A stretch of DNA of 64,000 bases. Source: a virus. Within the stretch, counting starts at the first letter, position 1. Each line of letters starts with the position of its first letter. The notes beneath the pieces were generated by a model. That model searched no databases, was not told the origin of the DNA, and saw only the letters and a program-made list of their open reading frames with translations. The position numbers and the translations under genes were made by a program. Positions 36,201 to 46,127 of the stretch are shown here, one piece after another. The DNA is taken from positions 5,237-69,236 of the IMG/VR virus record IMGVR_UViG_3300044641_004408; one strand, written 5' to 3'.

Positions 36201-39200
36201 CAAAATAGGCACATTACCTACTTTAAATTGCTGGTAAACCTTTAAATACCTATCTCTAACATGTAATCTCAATACATCACCAAATGTTCTATCATACTCA
36301 TCAAAATCTTCATAAAAGAACCTATTAGTAGCGTTAATATTTGTATTTGATTGATACGCTTGCCCAAATCTTATTACTGTTGGAAAATATGTTTGTCTTG
36401 CGTTTTCATCAATAACAGATGGTCTGCCATTGCTATTTGTAATTAAATTATAAGAATCATTAAAACTTTGCTCAATAATACCAATGGTATTTTCTTTTAA
36501 AACTTGAAAATCAAAATTAAATGGCTGAATTATTATATTATTAGAACCTATATTATCATTTGTAGATGTGGCTACTATCCATACTTTACCTGTTGCAGGC
36601 ACGCTAAATCTTTTATTAATTGTAAATGTAGTATTTGTGTTTTGAATTATATCATTAACTTCTGTAGGCAATAATGAAACAGTATATTTTGCAGGAAGCC
36701 CAGTAGATTTACAAATTATAGCATATACTGAAAATGTAGAAGTTCCATCTGATGCCATATTAAAAGAACCTTTTATTGATAGCACTTGTTCAGATGTACT
36801 AGATTTGTTATAAAAAAAATAACCTGTACTAGCCCAAATTGGGAATCCCACACCAGTTAAAAATGCTTGAGCATTTGGTTGAGTTTGTATTATATACGAT
36901 AAATTATCCACTGCTGTGTCAAGTGAGATTGGGAATGTTTCACTTCTTGATACAAAAGAACCAGTAGTGCCAATATCAAATGCGCTAGATGAATAATTAA
37001 AATTATCACTATATGGCACTCTTCTAAGTCTATAAAATAAATCACCATTTGTAACAGGTATAATAGCTGGTACCCCACTTGGATTTACGCTAGATTGTGT
37101 TTGCAGTAAACCCATATGATATCTAGTAGCTGTTCCCGGATTGCCAATACCATATTCTTTACCAAATTCATAAAAAAATCTTTGACTTGAATCATTATTT
37201 GTAGAATAATTATATAATAAAATCTCATAATGCTGATAATCAGGCGTTCCAGTAAAATTAAAATTTGCATTTATGTCGTCAATAGGGTATTTTATTTTTA
37301 AGAAATTACCCGTTGCTGTATATGTATTATTATCTGGAACTAATGGAGAGGGTAATGTTATGTTATATTCAAATGAAGAAACTGTACCTACTATTTCATA
37401 ATCATACTGTTGAGGTATATAGTTAAATGTATTAGTTACATCATACCTAGCATAGAATCTAATTCTATCACCTTCTGTATAATTATAAGAAACAACATTT
37501 TGAGTTGAACTTATGGATTCATTATAAGCAGCTATATTTCCAATACCAATATAAAAAAATCTTGAATTATCAACTCCATTAGTAATTCCCGCATAAGCTG
37601 ACTCACTTACCCAACATAATCTTTTGTTGTATGTAGTATTATTTGATCTTAATACTTGATAATATGTAGCATACAATGGTGGTCTATTTAATATAGACAA
37701 GTTTATTTCGGGTAATTCAGCAGTCGGTACTCTTTCAATTGTATTAATTGAAGCGCCAATTGACGTTTGTGCGCCAATGGTTCTTCCTTGCGCATCAAAA
37801 TATTGAATTGCATATTGATAACCAGAATCCCAAACATTAGCAAATCTAGTGTTATCCGAATCATATAAAGGTATAGTCTTAAATCCTACAGAGGTCAAAA
37901 CAAAACCATTTGCATAATTCATAACTAATTTATTACCAACTAATGATACTTGAGTATAACCCTTTACTACCATTGCATCCGAAATGCCTTGTAAAATTGT
38001 ACTAACTAAGGAAACACTTGTAAATGTTGAAAAATCCGCACTTAAATTAGTGCCATTTGAAGCGAATGAATTTATAAAATAAGATCCAGCTGCATTATTT
38101 AATGTTACAACTTCTCCATTAACACCATTAGTTCCAGTACCATAAAGATATATACTCATTTGCGTACCAGAGCCATTATCTGTGCCATTTACTGTAGCAA
38201 GTAATAATATACCAGCTTGGTCATAATAAAAACTAGATGAAGCTGAACCTGTATTTTGAGTCACATATAAATTCATTTCTGTTTTATCATAACCTTCAAT
38301 AATACCAGAATACAATAAAACATTACCATTAGCTAATTCACCCGCATTAGCTCTTTGAGGTACCCAATCTTGTAATTGTAACGTTTCTGTAACATCTAAT
38401 TGAGTATAAATTGAATCGTTAAAAAACTTTGCAATAAAGATATCATTATCGCCTATTGGGTTTATTAAACTTTCTTTATCAAATGATTCTATTAAAAACC
38501 AATCGCTAGTTAAGCCATTTGTTGTTTCTCTAAAACAAAGCTCAATAGCTTTAACATCTGGACCACCAGTTGAAAATAATACAGCTATTCTAGCATTATT
38601 TGTAGCGGTATTGTCAGTAAGTGTTAATGATGGCTGTTGAGGTAACGGCACAATACTTTTTGAACTCCATACAGATTTTTCATTATTATCATAAACATAT
38701 CTATATGAAAATTGAAATAATTTGTTTCTTAGATTGTTTATTGTAATATCTTCATCATTTTCATATGTAACCTTTGGAGGCATTACTGGAGGAGCTTTTG
38801 CAACTAGCAAATATTCTAACTTCCAATTATTTCCATATAAGTTAATTACATTTAAACTTTTTGGTTGATTATATGCATCATTAAAAAATAAAATATCTCC
38901 TTCTATATCTCTATAAAAAATATTTACTGATAAAATTTTATAAGAAGGATTAAAATTTAATATATCAATACCATTACTTTGCGTTTTACTTATTAAAACA
39001 GGCACTACTGCATTTGTATTTAAGTCATAATACAATATTGTATTAAAACCATTACTATTCCATAAAAAATAATAAGCTCTATTTCTTACTTTGTCCGAAT
39101 AAAAACCTATAACTTTATTTGTACCATTAGGTGCTGTATAAGGTATTAATGTATTTCCTTCTATATTAGAAACTACTTTGTCAGCAGCTGCTCCTTGAGC

Positions 39201-39302
39201 ATCTTTTGTTATATTTAAAGCGTCAATATAGTCATTATTACTAATTCTATAATCAGCATCATCTAGGTTTAGCTTTCCACTAAAAGGAGTATTTATTATC
39301 AT
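33219..39302 (-). CDS. Tail stabiliser/nozzle (P22 gp10-like) with mucin-like Thr/Cys-repeat C-terminal extension
   Basis: LN.D...Y.DALNI start, FSYRY.Y, YYAGDYGI, VCRLS.NG; about 870 C-terminal residues of Thr tracts and Cys modules. Confidence 0.75.
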   Translation of the reverse strand: MIINTPFSGKLNLDDADYRISNNDYIDALNITKDAQGAAADKVVSNIEGNTLIPYTAPNGTNKVIGFYSDKVRNRAYYFLWNSNGFNTILYYDLNTNAVVPVLISKTQSNGIDILNFNPSYKILSVNIFYRDIEGDILFFNDAYNQPKSLNVINLYGNNWKLEYLLVAKAPPVMPPKVTYENDEDITINNLRNKLFQFSYRYVYDNNEKSVWSSKSIVPLPQQPSLTLTDNTATNNARIAVLFSTGGPDVKAIELCFRETTNGLTSDWFLIESFDKESLINPIGDNDIFIAKFFNDSIYTQLDVTETLQLQDWVPQRANAGELANGNVLLYSGIIEGYDKTEMNLYVTQNTGSASSSFYYDQAGILLLATVNGTDNGSGTQMSIYLYGTGTNGVNGEVVTLNNAAGSYFINSFASNGTNLSADFSTFTSVSLVSTILQGISDAMVVKGYTQVSLVGNKLVMNYANGFVLTSVGFKTIPLYDSDNTRFANVWDSGYQYAIQYFDAQGRTIGAQTSIGASINTIERVPTAELPEINLSILNRPPLYATYYQVLRSNNTTYNKRLCWVSESAYAGITNGVDNSRFFYIGIGNIAAYNESISSTQNVVSYNYTEGDRIRFYARYDVTNTFNYIPQQYDYEIVGTVSSFEYNITLPSPLVPDNNTYTATGNFLKIKYPIDDINANFNFTGTPDYQHYEILLYNYSTNNDSSQRFFYEFGKEYGIGNPGTATRYHMGLLQTQSSVNPSGVPAIIPVTNGDLFYRLRRVPYSDNFNYSSSAFDIGTTGSFVSRSETFPISLDTAVDNLSYIIQTQPNAQAFLTGVGFPIWASTGYFFYNKSSTSEQVLSIKGSFNMASDGTSTFSVYAIICKSTGLPAKYTVSLLPTEVNDIIQNTNTTFTINKRFSVPATGKVWIVATSTNDNIGSNNIIIQPFNFDFQVLKENTIGIIEQSFNDSYNLITNSNGRPSVIDENARQTYFPTVIRFGQAYQSNTNINATNRFFYEDFDEYDRTFGDVLRLHVRDRYLKVYQQFKVGNVPILTQIVKDVTGNPLQANSNQLINKIQYYAGDYGIGDAATSLAWNNFADYFVDNYRGVVCRLSQNGIEPISILYKTNAFFVDKTAAFRKDLNNGVSDAGVYTGDPCIYGVFDANTNKYIIALEEINRYTPATTTTTTTAAPTTTTTTSAPATTTTTFSPEPCDCVEVNITSVGGDVATLNCYGVNVNYVYATAGIRYICASVVGGLLQASIVSGTGTLTPVGNCKTASCPPTTTTTTTVAPISCFNYFVYADDGTQDRESYDFSYLNCAGVLVNGSRVNKGPGITVCAQEDSVTSDSPYIFANLGSSCSITTTTTAGPTTTTTAGPTTTTTTAPVACFNYTVYADNGTDGRESYDFSYINCSGTTINSSRINRGAALIICAQLDSVTSTSEYIFADIGASCNPTTTTTTAGPTTTTTAGPTTTTTTAAITCFNYTVYADDGTDSRESYPFSYVNCAGTTINNSRVNRGPSIIVCARLDSVTSTSEYIFADIGASCNPTTTTTAAPTTTTTTATPTTTTTVAPTTTTTTFSSDPCNCVEVNFTSVGGEVATFNCYGSNINYVYATGGKKYICAAVVGGLLQVEIVSGTGTITPVGNCKTATCPPPTTTTTTGTPTTTTTVAPTTTTAAPTTTTTVAPTTTTTVAPTTTTTTTIAPTTTTTLPPVTLSVTSGCTGGVGTGTVLANGFSGGTGSFEFIAASSISASDALTKVGNSGTRELLSGATEYTYTSLGNATYYVAIMDFSGNKGVSSGAVVNCVNPTTTTTTLAPTTTTTTLPGIAFARSSNTFGTESSACFTGTGDGGLVYQKGDLGNVPVTGAQLYNSSTTAAGTEYNPPVSGIRFMQFGGSTKYAVFVATTGIMGAVTPCSGVTTTTTAAPTTTTTAAPTTTTTTLGYAFVDITNSTAGTSITNITVNGVQVDGAVFPIVAGDGASASTTQTGASRSIVVSYTNVSNDSVEVVDTSSNLNCGPATSTSRVFSAQVVADGGTLSVTMFDGSC
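33540..35823 (-). repeat. Poly-Thr (TTTTTAAP) tracts with interspersed Cys-rich repeats
   Basis: (ACN)n runs; module order A-B-B-B-A. Confidence 0.9.
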
Positions 39303-39305
39303 TTT

Positions 39306-40076
39306 TTATGCCTTAACAGTCATTCTTTGAGTGTCTAAATTTTGTTCGTAAGCTTGCATTAAGTATAATGGCTTAAATTGAGCATTAGCAATTCTTCTTT
39401 GATTATAGAATTCTTGCTTTCTATCTCTCTTGTCACCCAAATTACCTTTTCTTGTACTTGGCATACTAGCTATATCTCTCCAAGCTATAAAAGAAAGTAA
39501 TGCTTCTCTAAACTGAATTGGTATAGAATATGTTTCTTCTGGATTGCCACTAGATAAATATTCAATCATCAAATAAGAGTAATAAAAATACTGGTTTAAA
39601 AGAACTACACCATTTGAATCATCAATGTTAAATTGACCTACAAATGGCGAACCACTTGGTAATCCATAAATATTTTGAAAACCATATCCATCCCAATAAT
39701 TAAACCATAATGGTAAATCTTGTTGATACCATGTAGCTAAAGTATTATCTTGAGTCAACTCCAATCTATCTGGCTGCTGGTCTGCATAATATGTCATTTT
39801 GTTATTAAACTTCAATGGGATTATTTCTCCTACTGAATTTAATACACCTATTTTAGTATAGCTAATATAATCATTAGGCAATTGTGCCGTATAATTTGTT
39901 GTATCAATAGGGATTTTTACTGATCTTATTTTATAAAAAAAGTCTAGTCCTAGTTTTTCCATACCCCTTACAGCTATATTGTATAATTTAGCGTATTTGT
40001 GTACGGATTGCTCACTTTCATCAATATAATCATTGATTACAGAGTCTATTGTTATATAATTTCTAACTTGTGACAT
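39306..40076 (-). CDS. Tail/neck ring protein
   Basis: LPNDYISYTKIG, IEYLS, IP..F.EAL; located between adaptor genes and stabiliser. Confidence 0.65.
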   Translation of the reverse strand: MSQVRNYITIDSVINDYIDESEQSVHKYAKLYNIAVRGMEKLGLDFFYKIRSVKIPIDTTNYTAQLPNDYISYTKIGVLNSVGEIIPLKFNNKMTYYADQQPDRLELTQDNTLATWYQQDLPLWFNYWDGYGFQNIYGLPSGSPFVGQFNIDDSNGVVLLNQYFYYSYLMIEYLSSGNPEETYSIPIQFREALLSFIAWRDIASMPSTRKGNLGDKRDRKQEFYNQRRIANAQFKPLYLMQAYEQNLDTQRMTVKA

Positions 40077-40078
40077 AT

Positions 40079-40351
40079 TTAATTATTTGATGCGTAAGCT
40101 AATATATCGTTCTGACGAATTAAGAAAACAAGTTCATTATCTAAAATGATTGGCTCCCCTGCTCCTTTGATATGGAAAACAATGTCATCTTTTTTAGCTT
40201 CCATTTTAATCTTAGCCGTACCTTTTCCTACAGAAATAACTTTTGCCTTGCAATTTCTTTCTCTGTATCCTTCAGGCAATAATAAACCGCCTTCGGTAAC
40301 TTCTTCTGGTGCAAATGGCTTTACTAAAACAAAATCTCTAATTGGTTTCAT
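40079..40351 (-). CDS. groES: Co-chaperonin GroES
   Basis: MKPIRDFVLVK, TEGGLLLP, VISVGKG, DILA. Confidence 0.9.
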   Translation of the reverse strand: MKPIRDFVLVKPFAPEEVTEGGLLLPEGYRERNCKAKVISVGKGTAKIKMEAKKDDIVFHIKGAGEPIILDNELVFLIRQNDILAYASNN

Positions 40352-40358
40352 ATATTAT

Positions 40359-40985
40359 TTAGTTGTTGTTATCTACTCCGTCATTACTTGTATCTATTGG
40401 TCTTGATCTTTCAAATGCTAATTGAGCTTTGATATATTCAATCATCATTGGAACATAGTCATCTGGTATAATTAATGTAGATTGTAAATTAGTAGAATCA
40501 CCTCCACTAATCATTCTTACATTTGCAGTATATTGAGATAACAATATAGATGATTTTACATATATATTTTTACCTTCAATCCAATATAATAATTTATTCT
40601 GAATTGGTCTAAGACTATCTATATAACCAACTTGATTTATGCTTAATGGTATAGCTGTTTGAGAAATCTTGCCTTCACCTACAAATTGCAATGTTGCAAC
40701 ACCTTCATTTTTTCCTAATGCAACAGGTATTACTGGCAATGAAATTGAATAAGTTGTAACGTTTTCATTTAAAACTGGCAACGCTTTAAAAGTAGTGTAA
40801 AATGAATTATTTACATAAGCCACACCATCTATTTGAATACTATCTGTATAATTCTTTCTAGCGGCTAATGCAATAGCATCGTTAAGCCACTGATTAACTT
40901 GATTGTATGTAATACTTGAATCATCGGATGGCTGTCCGTTATATATTTGTCTTAATATTCTTTCTATAAATGCGTATCTAGTCAT
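40359..40985 (-). CDS. Tail/neck ring (adaptor) protein
   Basis: Position; C-terminal D..ND motif. Confidence 0.55.
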   Translation of the reverse strand: MTRYAFIERILRQIYNGQPSDDSSITYNQVNQWLNDAIALAARKNYTDSIQIDGVAYVNNSFYTTFKALPVLNENVTTYSISLPVIPVALGKNEGVATLQFVGEGKISQTAIPLSINQVGYIDSLRPIQNKLLYWIEGKNIYVKSSILLSQYTANVRMISGGDSTNLQSTLIIPDDYVPMMIEYIKAQLAFERSRPIDTSNDGVDNNN

Positions 40986-41650
40986 TATTGCCCAGTTTGT
41001 GTTACTTGATTAGCATATTGCTGTACTTGTCCGTCTTGTAAATTTAAGCCAATTAATTTTAATGCCCTAGCTATTATTTCTAATAAATCTACATTATCCC
41101 AAACAGGCTGAACACTTGTGCCAGAACTATAAACAGGTCTGCCATTAACAGTGGTATAAGCCCAAACAATTTCAGGTGCATCTTTCACATAAGTTAAAAT
41201 TGCACTTCCAAGTGTTACAGGATAAAATTGAAATCCAGTAGGCTCTAATAAATAAATAGGATTAGTTGCAATAGGATCAATTTGGCTATTATAAAAAGAA
41301 TACAAAGCATCTTGCTGAACGTATCTTACTCTATTAAATGATGATGTTATTACCGTATCCGTTTGAACATAATCAGCTGGATAAGGTGATTGTCCAGTTG
41401 TGCTATTAATAGTTAATGTAGTTTCTACAAGTAATGGTGTTAATCTTTGTCTAATATTTTGATTTTGGCTATAATTTATTCTAGCCTGTGGTCTGCCATA
41501 TTGATATTGCTGAAACTCTCCCAACAAGTAATCTTGATATGAAACTTGCGCTTGGTTTATAGTCAAATTAAATTCAGATGGAGTCAAATAGCCATTTTGC
41601 GCCTTATTAACTGCAAACTGACAAATACGATACATATCATTAACATTCAT
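40985..41650 (-). CDS. Head-tail adaptor/ring protein
   Basis: NK...GYLTP.EFN...AQ motif. Confidence 0.65.
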   Translation of the reverse strand: MNVNDMYRICQFAVNKAQNGYLTPSEFNLTINQAQVSYQDYLLGEFQQYQYGRPQARINYSQNQNIRQRLTPLLVETTLTINSTTGQSPYPADYVQTDTVITSSFNRVRYVQQDALYSFYNSQIDPIATNPIYLLEPTGFQFYPVTLGSAILTYVKDAPEIVWAYTTVNGRPVYSSGTSVQPVWDNVDLLEIIARALKLIGLNLQDGQVQQYANQVTQTGQ

Positions 41651-41667
41651 TGGAATAAGTTATACAA

Positions 41668-41675
41668 CAAATATA
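41668..41675 (-). promoter_or_regulatory. Bacteroidota-type -7 box (tail operon)
   Basis: TATATTTG on minus strand. Confidence 0.55.
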
Positions 41676-41687
41676 CGAAAAAGTAAT

Positions 41688-41720
41688 AAAAAAACCCCGT
41701 AATTTTTAGGTTACAGGGCT
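41688..41720 (-). terminator. Probable intrinsic terminator
   Basis: CCCTGTAA/TTACGGGG stem then T-run on minus strand. Confidence 0.55.
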
Positions 41721-41743
41721 TCTTTTATTTAGAGGGGGAAGAA

Positions 41744-42637
41744 CTACATTAATTTCTTTAATTGCTCTAAAAACGCCTTACACTCATCTTGAGGATACAT
41801 GGCATATTCAACTAAATAGCTTTCAGGTCTTTTATCCGATGGTATTTTACAAATAAACCCACCATCATTAGCCCAATAAGCAGATCCTTTTTTGCTATTA
41901 ACATCAATTCTATTGTCTATTAAAGCCTTTTTAATTATAAAAGCTATTTCAACCTCCTTAGAACCAGCACTTTCCATAAACTTGTTAGGTTGTGCTTCAG
42001 CATACAATTCGTAATCATTTCTTAGTGCTTCATTAGATTTAGGCATACCTAATTCATCTGTGAATAAAATACCAAGATAATTACAATGTTTACGCATTTC
42101 TTCATCAGTAGCTAAAGAAGCATGTTTAATAGCCTTAACCTTAGCAACTCTCTTTTCTCTTTCTAATTCAGCTGTTCTTTGAGGATTCCACTGAAAGAAA
42201 GTAATTTTTCTAGTCCCTTTTTTGTTTGGATTATCCAAATTTGCATTACAAAGACTTAAAAATTCAAGTGCTGTCATATCGTAATCGGGAATTCTTAGAA
42301 CTCTCCTATCAAATATTAAACTCCTTCTATTTTTTTCAACAAAGCTTTTTTCTAAACCTTTTTGATCTTCTACCCAAATACTAGGATAACCTGTTAAAAG
42401 TCTAATCCTTTCCATCCTTTTTTTCTCTGGATTCCAAACATCATCAATACCTTCCATATGGTATTTACCATTTTTTTTGGTATCTGATAATTTGAAAATC
42501 TTATAAGTAACTCCTTCATTTGCAACTGAAGCTTCGCTCATCGCAACGGCTGCTTCTTCATGTTGTCTTACATCAGTAAATTCTCCTTGTTGAGATAAAT
42601 TAAATTCGGTTATCCCTATTGCCTTTAACTTTGCCAT
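41744..42637 (-). CDS. Hypothetical protein downstream of MCP
   Basis: Probable start MAKLKAIG. Confidence 0.6.
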   Translation of the reverse strand: MAKLKAIGITEFNLSQQGEFTDVRQHEEAAVAMSEASVANEGVTYKIFKLSDTKKNGKYHMEGIDDVWNPEKKRMERIRLLTGYPSIWVEDQKGLEKSFVEKNRRSLIFDRRVLRIPDYDMTALEFLSLCNANLDNPNKKGTRKITFFQWNPQRTAELEREKRVAKVKAIKHASLATDEEMRKHCNYLGILFTDELGMPKSNEALRNDYELYAEAQPNKFMESAGSKEVEIAFIIKKALIDNRIDVNSKKGSAYWANDGGFICKIPSDKRPESYLVEYAMYPQDECKAFLEQLKKLM

Positions 42638-42655
42638 AAAATGGTTTTTAAATGT

Positions 42656-42693
42656 TAAAATAGGTAGAGGCAATCAATAAAGTTGCCCCTACC
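42656..42693 (-). terminator. Hairpin terminator after MCP
   Basis: GGTAGGGGCAA/TTGCCTCTACC stem followed by TATTTT. Confidence 0.6.
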
Positions 42694-42717
42694 ATAATAA
42701 AAGTTCTAAATAACTAA

Positions 42718-44127
42718 TTAGTTACCTTGAACGATGATGAATTGGTTTGCTGCACAAACACGAGTACCACGATAAGTGATCATCGCAATTTGATTAGTCA
42801 TTGTACCATCTGTTGGATTAGGAGATCCACCACCATATTGCCATACACGAATACCGTTACCAACTGTTCCACCTTGAGGAGGTTGTTGATACATGATAGT
42901 GATGTTCTTGTAAGCTTGAGCAGTTTTTGCATCCTTAGTTTCACCCATTGGATAGATTAAACCGAAATTACGGAAGTAATCAACGTTTGGAGTTAAACCA
43001 GTTGTAACCTCAGTGTTGAATTGAGGATACTTCTTAACAGATAATAAATATCCATCAATAAAGATCTCTTGGAAACCATAAGCAACAGAAGCTTCTTTAG
43101 ACTTCTCGCCTTGTCCATAAACGAAAGCACCAGCTGGGTAAGCAGCAAAGATACCATCAGAGAAATCTTGTCTTTGGAAGATATCAGTTAACCATGCAGA
43201 TTGTTTAGCACAACCATTAACATCCATAATACGAGTAATCTCGTGTAATTTTTGGATATCTAAAGTACCCGGAGTGTAACCAACAGTTTCACCGTCAGCA
43301 ACTACTTTAGGGATAATACCTTCAGAACCAGTTGAATTGTTAATTGCAGAGTTATTTTGGATATTACCACGCATTAATTTTGCTTCCACATTGTTTTTGA
43401 AACGAACAAGAGTCTTATACATACCTTTGTAAGTAAATGCAGTTACGCCATTAGCAGCCATATCTGGAGATACTGGGAACTCATAATATGTTTCAGCCAT
43501 TTGCGCTAAGTCAGTGTTAGACCAACCATCACGAATTTCTGTTACATAGTTATCATATCTTTGGTCTAATTGGATCAAAGGATTGATTGCTTGAGAAGCT
43601 TCACCAGCGTCTGCGTCACCACCAAATAATAAAACCTCACCTGCTAACAAGCTAGTTGAACCAGCAGAAGCAAATCTTTGAGTAGTTTGTTTTGGAGCAA
43701 CTGTAAAAGTCCATGCATATGCAGTAGAGCTATTAATTGACAAGATAACCCCTTCAATGTTTGAAGAAGCCACACGCAAAGTTTCACCAACTCTTAAAGG
43801 AGTTTGAGTACCATTGTTAAAGTAAGCCTCTTGTCCTAAAGTTAAGGTAATAGTAGCACCAACGCTAGCAGCAACTGTGCTAGTGTTTGTAACACCCGGC
43901 ATTAATTTACCGCGGTTTTCAAACCAGAAGTAGTTTAAGTTTTTAACTTCTTCCATGCCGCTATGAGCAGCTAACCACCAAGTAAAATCTTCATTGCCAT
44001 ACTTTTGAGTGTATTGCTTGTAATACTGTGGAGTTAATAATTGTAGATCAACCATCAGTTGTCTATTCTGGGATTGCAACGAGATTGAACCCGGCTGCAA
44101 AATATTTGAGGTAGGTATTCCTGCCAT
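42718..44127 (-). CDS. Major capsid protein
   Basis: 469 aa, follows acidic scaffold, biased codon use, own terminator. Confidence 0.8.
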   Translation of the reverse strand: MAGIPTSNILQPGSISLQSQNRQLMVDLQLLTPQYYKQYTQKYGNEDFTWWLAAHSGMEEVKNLNYFWFENRGKLMPGVTNTSTVAASVGATITLTLGQEAYFNNGTQTPLRVGETLRVASSNIEGVILSINSSTAYAWTFTVAPKQTTQRFASAGSTSLLAGEVLLFGGDADAGEASQAINPLIQLDQRYDNYVTEIRDGWSNTDLAQMAETYYEFPVSPDMAANGVTAFTYKGMYKTLVRFKNNVEAKLMRGNIQNNSAINNSTGSEGIIPKVVADGETVGYTPGTLDIQKLHEITRIMDVNGCAKQSAWLTDIFQRQDFSDGIFAAYPAGAFVYGQGEKSKEASVAYGFQEIFIDGYLLSVKKYPQFNTEVTTGLTPNVDYFRNFGLIYPMGETKDAKTAQAYKNITIMYQQPPQGGTVGNGIRVWQYGGGSPNPTDGTMTNQIAMITYRGTRVCAANQFIIVQGN

Positions 44128-44173
44128 AATATTGAATTTATTTTTTTACGCCTCCTCCAAAGGCAATAACAAG

Positions 44174-45349
44174 TTACGAACTAAATGCCCATTCTGCCAT
44201 TCTTAGCCTTTCAGCTTCTATGCCATTAAGATCTGGTTTCGCTCCTTGTGGAGTTGGTGTTTGGTTGATATTAATATTCCCGTTCTTTTTTAAATGAGCC
44301 AACAATCTTTGGGATGCAGCTTCATTTGCTATTTTTGAAAAGATTTTTTCACGATTTTCAAGCAAATATTTATCTGCCATTATTTGTTGAACATTTGGCT
44401 TCCCTTCCTTGTTAAACCATCTATTCTCAAAATATAAATCTGTATCAAAATCCTCCAAATCATTCTTCATTGCCAATCTTTCTTCTTCAGCTACATTAAA
44501 TGAAATCGGTATTTCAACATCCTCGTCTTTTACCGAAACATTAAATCCATTGAAGGACTGGAAGTCAGAATCTAAAGTTTTTTCATAAATTGATCTAGCT
44601 TCTTGCATTATCTCAAATTCTGCTTGAGATTCAGCCTCTCTGCCACTTTCATTATAAATATCTGGCAAAGTTATTTCGCTTCTTAATTTTTCAATTTCTG
44701 GCTTTAAAACTTTTGCCTCAATCATCAATCTTCTTTCAGTGTAATCAACTTGTGATTGCCATTGACTTACTTTTGCAGCATAATCATCATCTGATTCATC
44801 ATAACCTTGTTCAGGTTTTAAAGGTACGAAAAATTGATCATAAAACAAAAGGTCAACATCTTCGTTTGATAAACTACTATGTTTATTTTTAATATTTGTT
44901 TTTACAATCTCGGCAGCAATTTCATAATTTAATTCTGAATTTATTAATTTTTCTAACTTTTTTTGTTGATTTAAAACTTCATAAACATCATCTGCTTTTC
45001 CCTCTTTAATAGCATCAAACAATGTTTTGCTTACATCATCTTTAAATTGAAATTGAGTATTTCTTTCGTTTTCTTCAATTAATCTAGAAAATGCTTCTTC
45101 AGCTTCATCTACAGTATCAAATCCAAATCTTTCTTTTATAAAAGAATTTGGATCAAAAACTGAAGGTTGACTAACTAAATTTTGATCTTCTTGATTAACT
45201 TGAGCCGATTGTTGTTCATTATTAGGCTCATTTGTTGCAGTAGGGGCTACTTCTACTTGCTGTTGCACTTGTGGTGCATTTTCATCCGAAAACGGATTGT
45301 AACCTTCTGCTAGCGTAATTGGCGCTGACATGTCTGTATTCTCTGGCAT
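44174..45349 (-). CDS. Putative scaffolding protein
   Basis: Acidic, coiled, directly upstream of MCP. Confidence 0.65.
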   Translation of the reverse strand: MPENTDMSAPITLAEGYNPFSDENAPQVQQQVEVAPTATNEPNNEQQSAQVNQEDQNLVSQPSVFDPNSFIKERFGFDTVDEAEEAFSRLIEENERNTQFQFKDDVSKTLFDAIKEGKADDVYEVLNQQKKLEKLINSELNYEIAAEIVKTNIKNKHSSLSNEDVDLLFYDQFFVPLKPEQGYDESDDDYAAKVSQWQSQVDYTERRLMIEAKVLKPEIEKLRSEITLPDIYNESGREAESQAEFEIMQEARSIYEKTLDSDFQSFNGFNVSVKDEDVEIPISFNVAEEERLAMKNDLEDFDTDLYFENRWFNKEGKPNVQQIMADKYLLENREKIFSKIANEAASQRLLAHLKKNGNININQTPTPQGAKPDLNGIEAERLRMAEWAFSS

Positions 45350-45375
45350 AAATGCTGATTTGGTTTCTATTTTTT

Positions 45376-45696
45376 TTAAGCCGCTGTTGTGGTCGTAGTT
45401 GTTGGAGCTGCGGTTGTGGTTGTAGTCCCAGAACCAACTGCTATTACACCACTAACACTTATGGTAATAGGATATACTACAGCAGTATTTGTCAATAATT
45501 GCACACCATACCAACTTGTTCCATCACCATAAATAGGTTGTGTTAATCTACTATCGGCAAATAATATATTTGCTGATGTTAATGTACTTGTTGTTGCATA
45601 TACAATTTGAGTACCTTGATTAACGCCTATAAGATTTGCCTGATAGGCATCAGGGTATGTATTTCTAGATAATACATATGCTATTGAATTTGCCAT
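45376..45696 (-). CDS. Small putative virion protein with C-terminal Thr tail
   Basis: Ends GTTTTTAAPTTTTTTAA. Confidence 0.65.
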   Translation of the reverse strand: MANSIAYVLSRNTYPDAYQANLIGVNQGTQIVYATTSTLTSANILFADSRLTQPIYGDGTSWYGVQLLTNTAVVYPITISVSGVIAVGSGTTTTTAAPTTTTTTAA

Positions 45697-45715
45697 TTTA
45701 TTTCTATTTTAAATT

Positions 45716-46102
45716 TTAAGGTGCGGCTGTTGTTGTTGTCGTTGTTGCTACTGAACCTTGTAATAATAAATAATTACCAATAATACCAAATGCAACCATA
45801 CCACTCGCATTAATTGATGACACATCAGCTTTGGTTGTCAAGTTAACACCTAATACTGTAACCCAATTAGTTGGAACCTCTGGTGCTGGCAATAATTGCC
45901 CTGTAATAGAACCATTATCATTTGTAGTGCTAAAACTAATTGTTCCAGACGTACCTACAAATTGAACAACAGCTGAATCCCATCCAGATAAATCTTGATA
46001 AAAAGAATTATCTGTATTAAATGATTCAGTTGCATCTACAGTTGTACTAATTTTTGAACTAAATTTTTGTAGTCTTATTAAAAGCTTACTTACCGTTGCC
46101 AT
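45716..46102 (-). CDS. Small putative virion protein with C-terminal Thr tail
   Basis: Beta-rich; ends ATTTTTTAAP. Confidence 0.65.
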   Translation of the reverse strand: MATVSKLLIRLQKFSSKISTTVDATESFNTDNSFYQDLSGWDSAVVQFVGTSGTISFSTTNDNGSITGQLLPAPEVPTNWVTVLGVNLTTKADVSSINASGMVAFGIIGNYLLLQGSVATTTTTTAAP

Positions 46103-46127
46103 TTTTTTTTATTTTAATTTTTTATAA

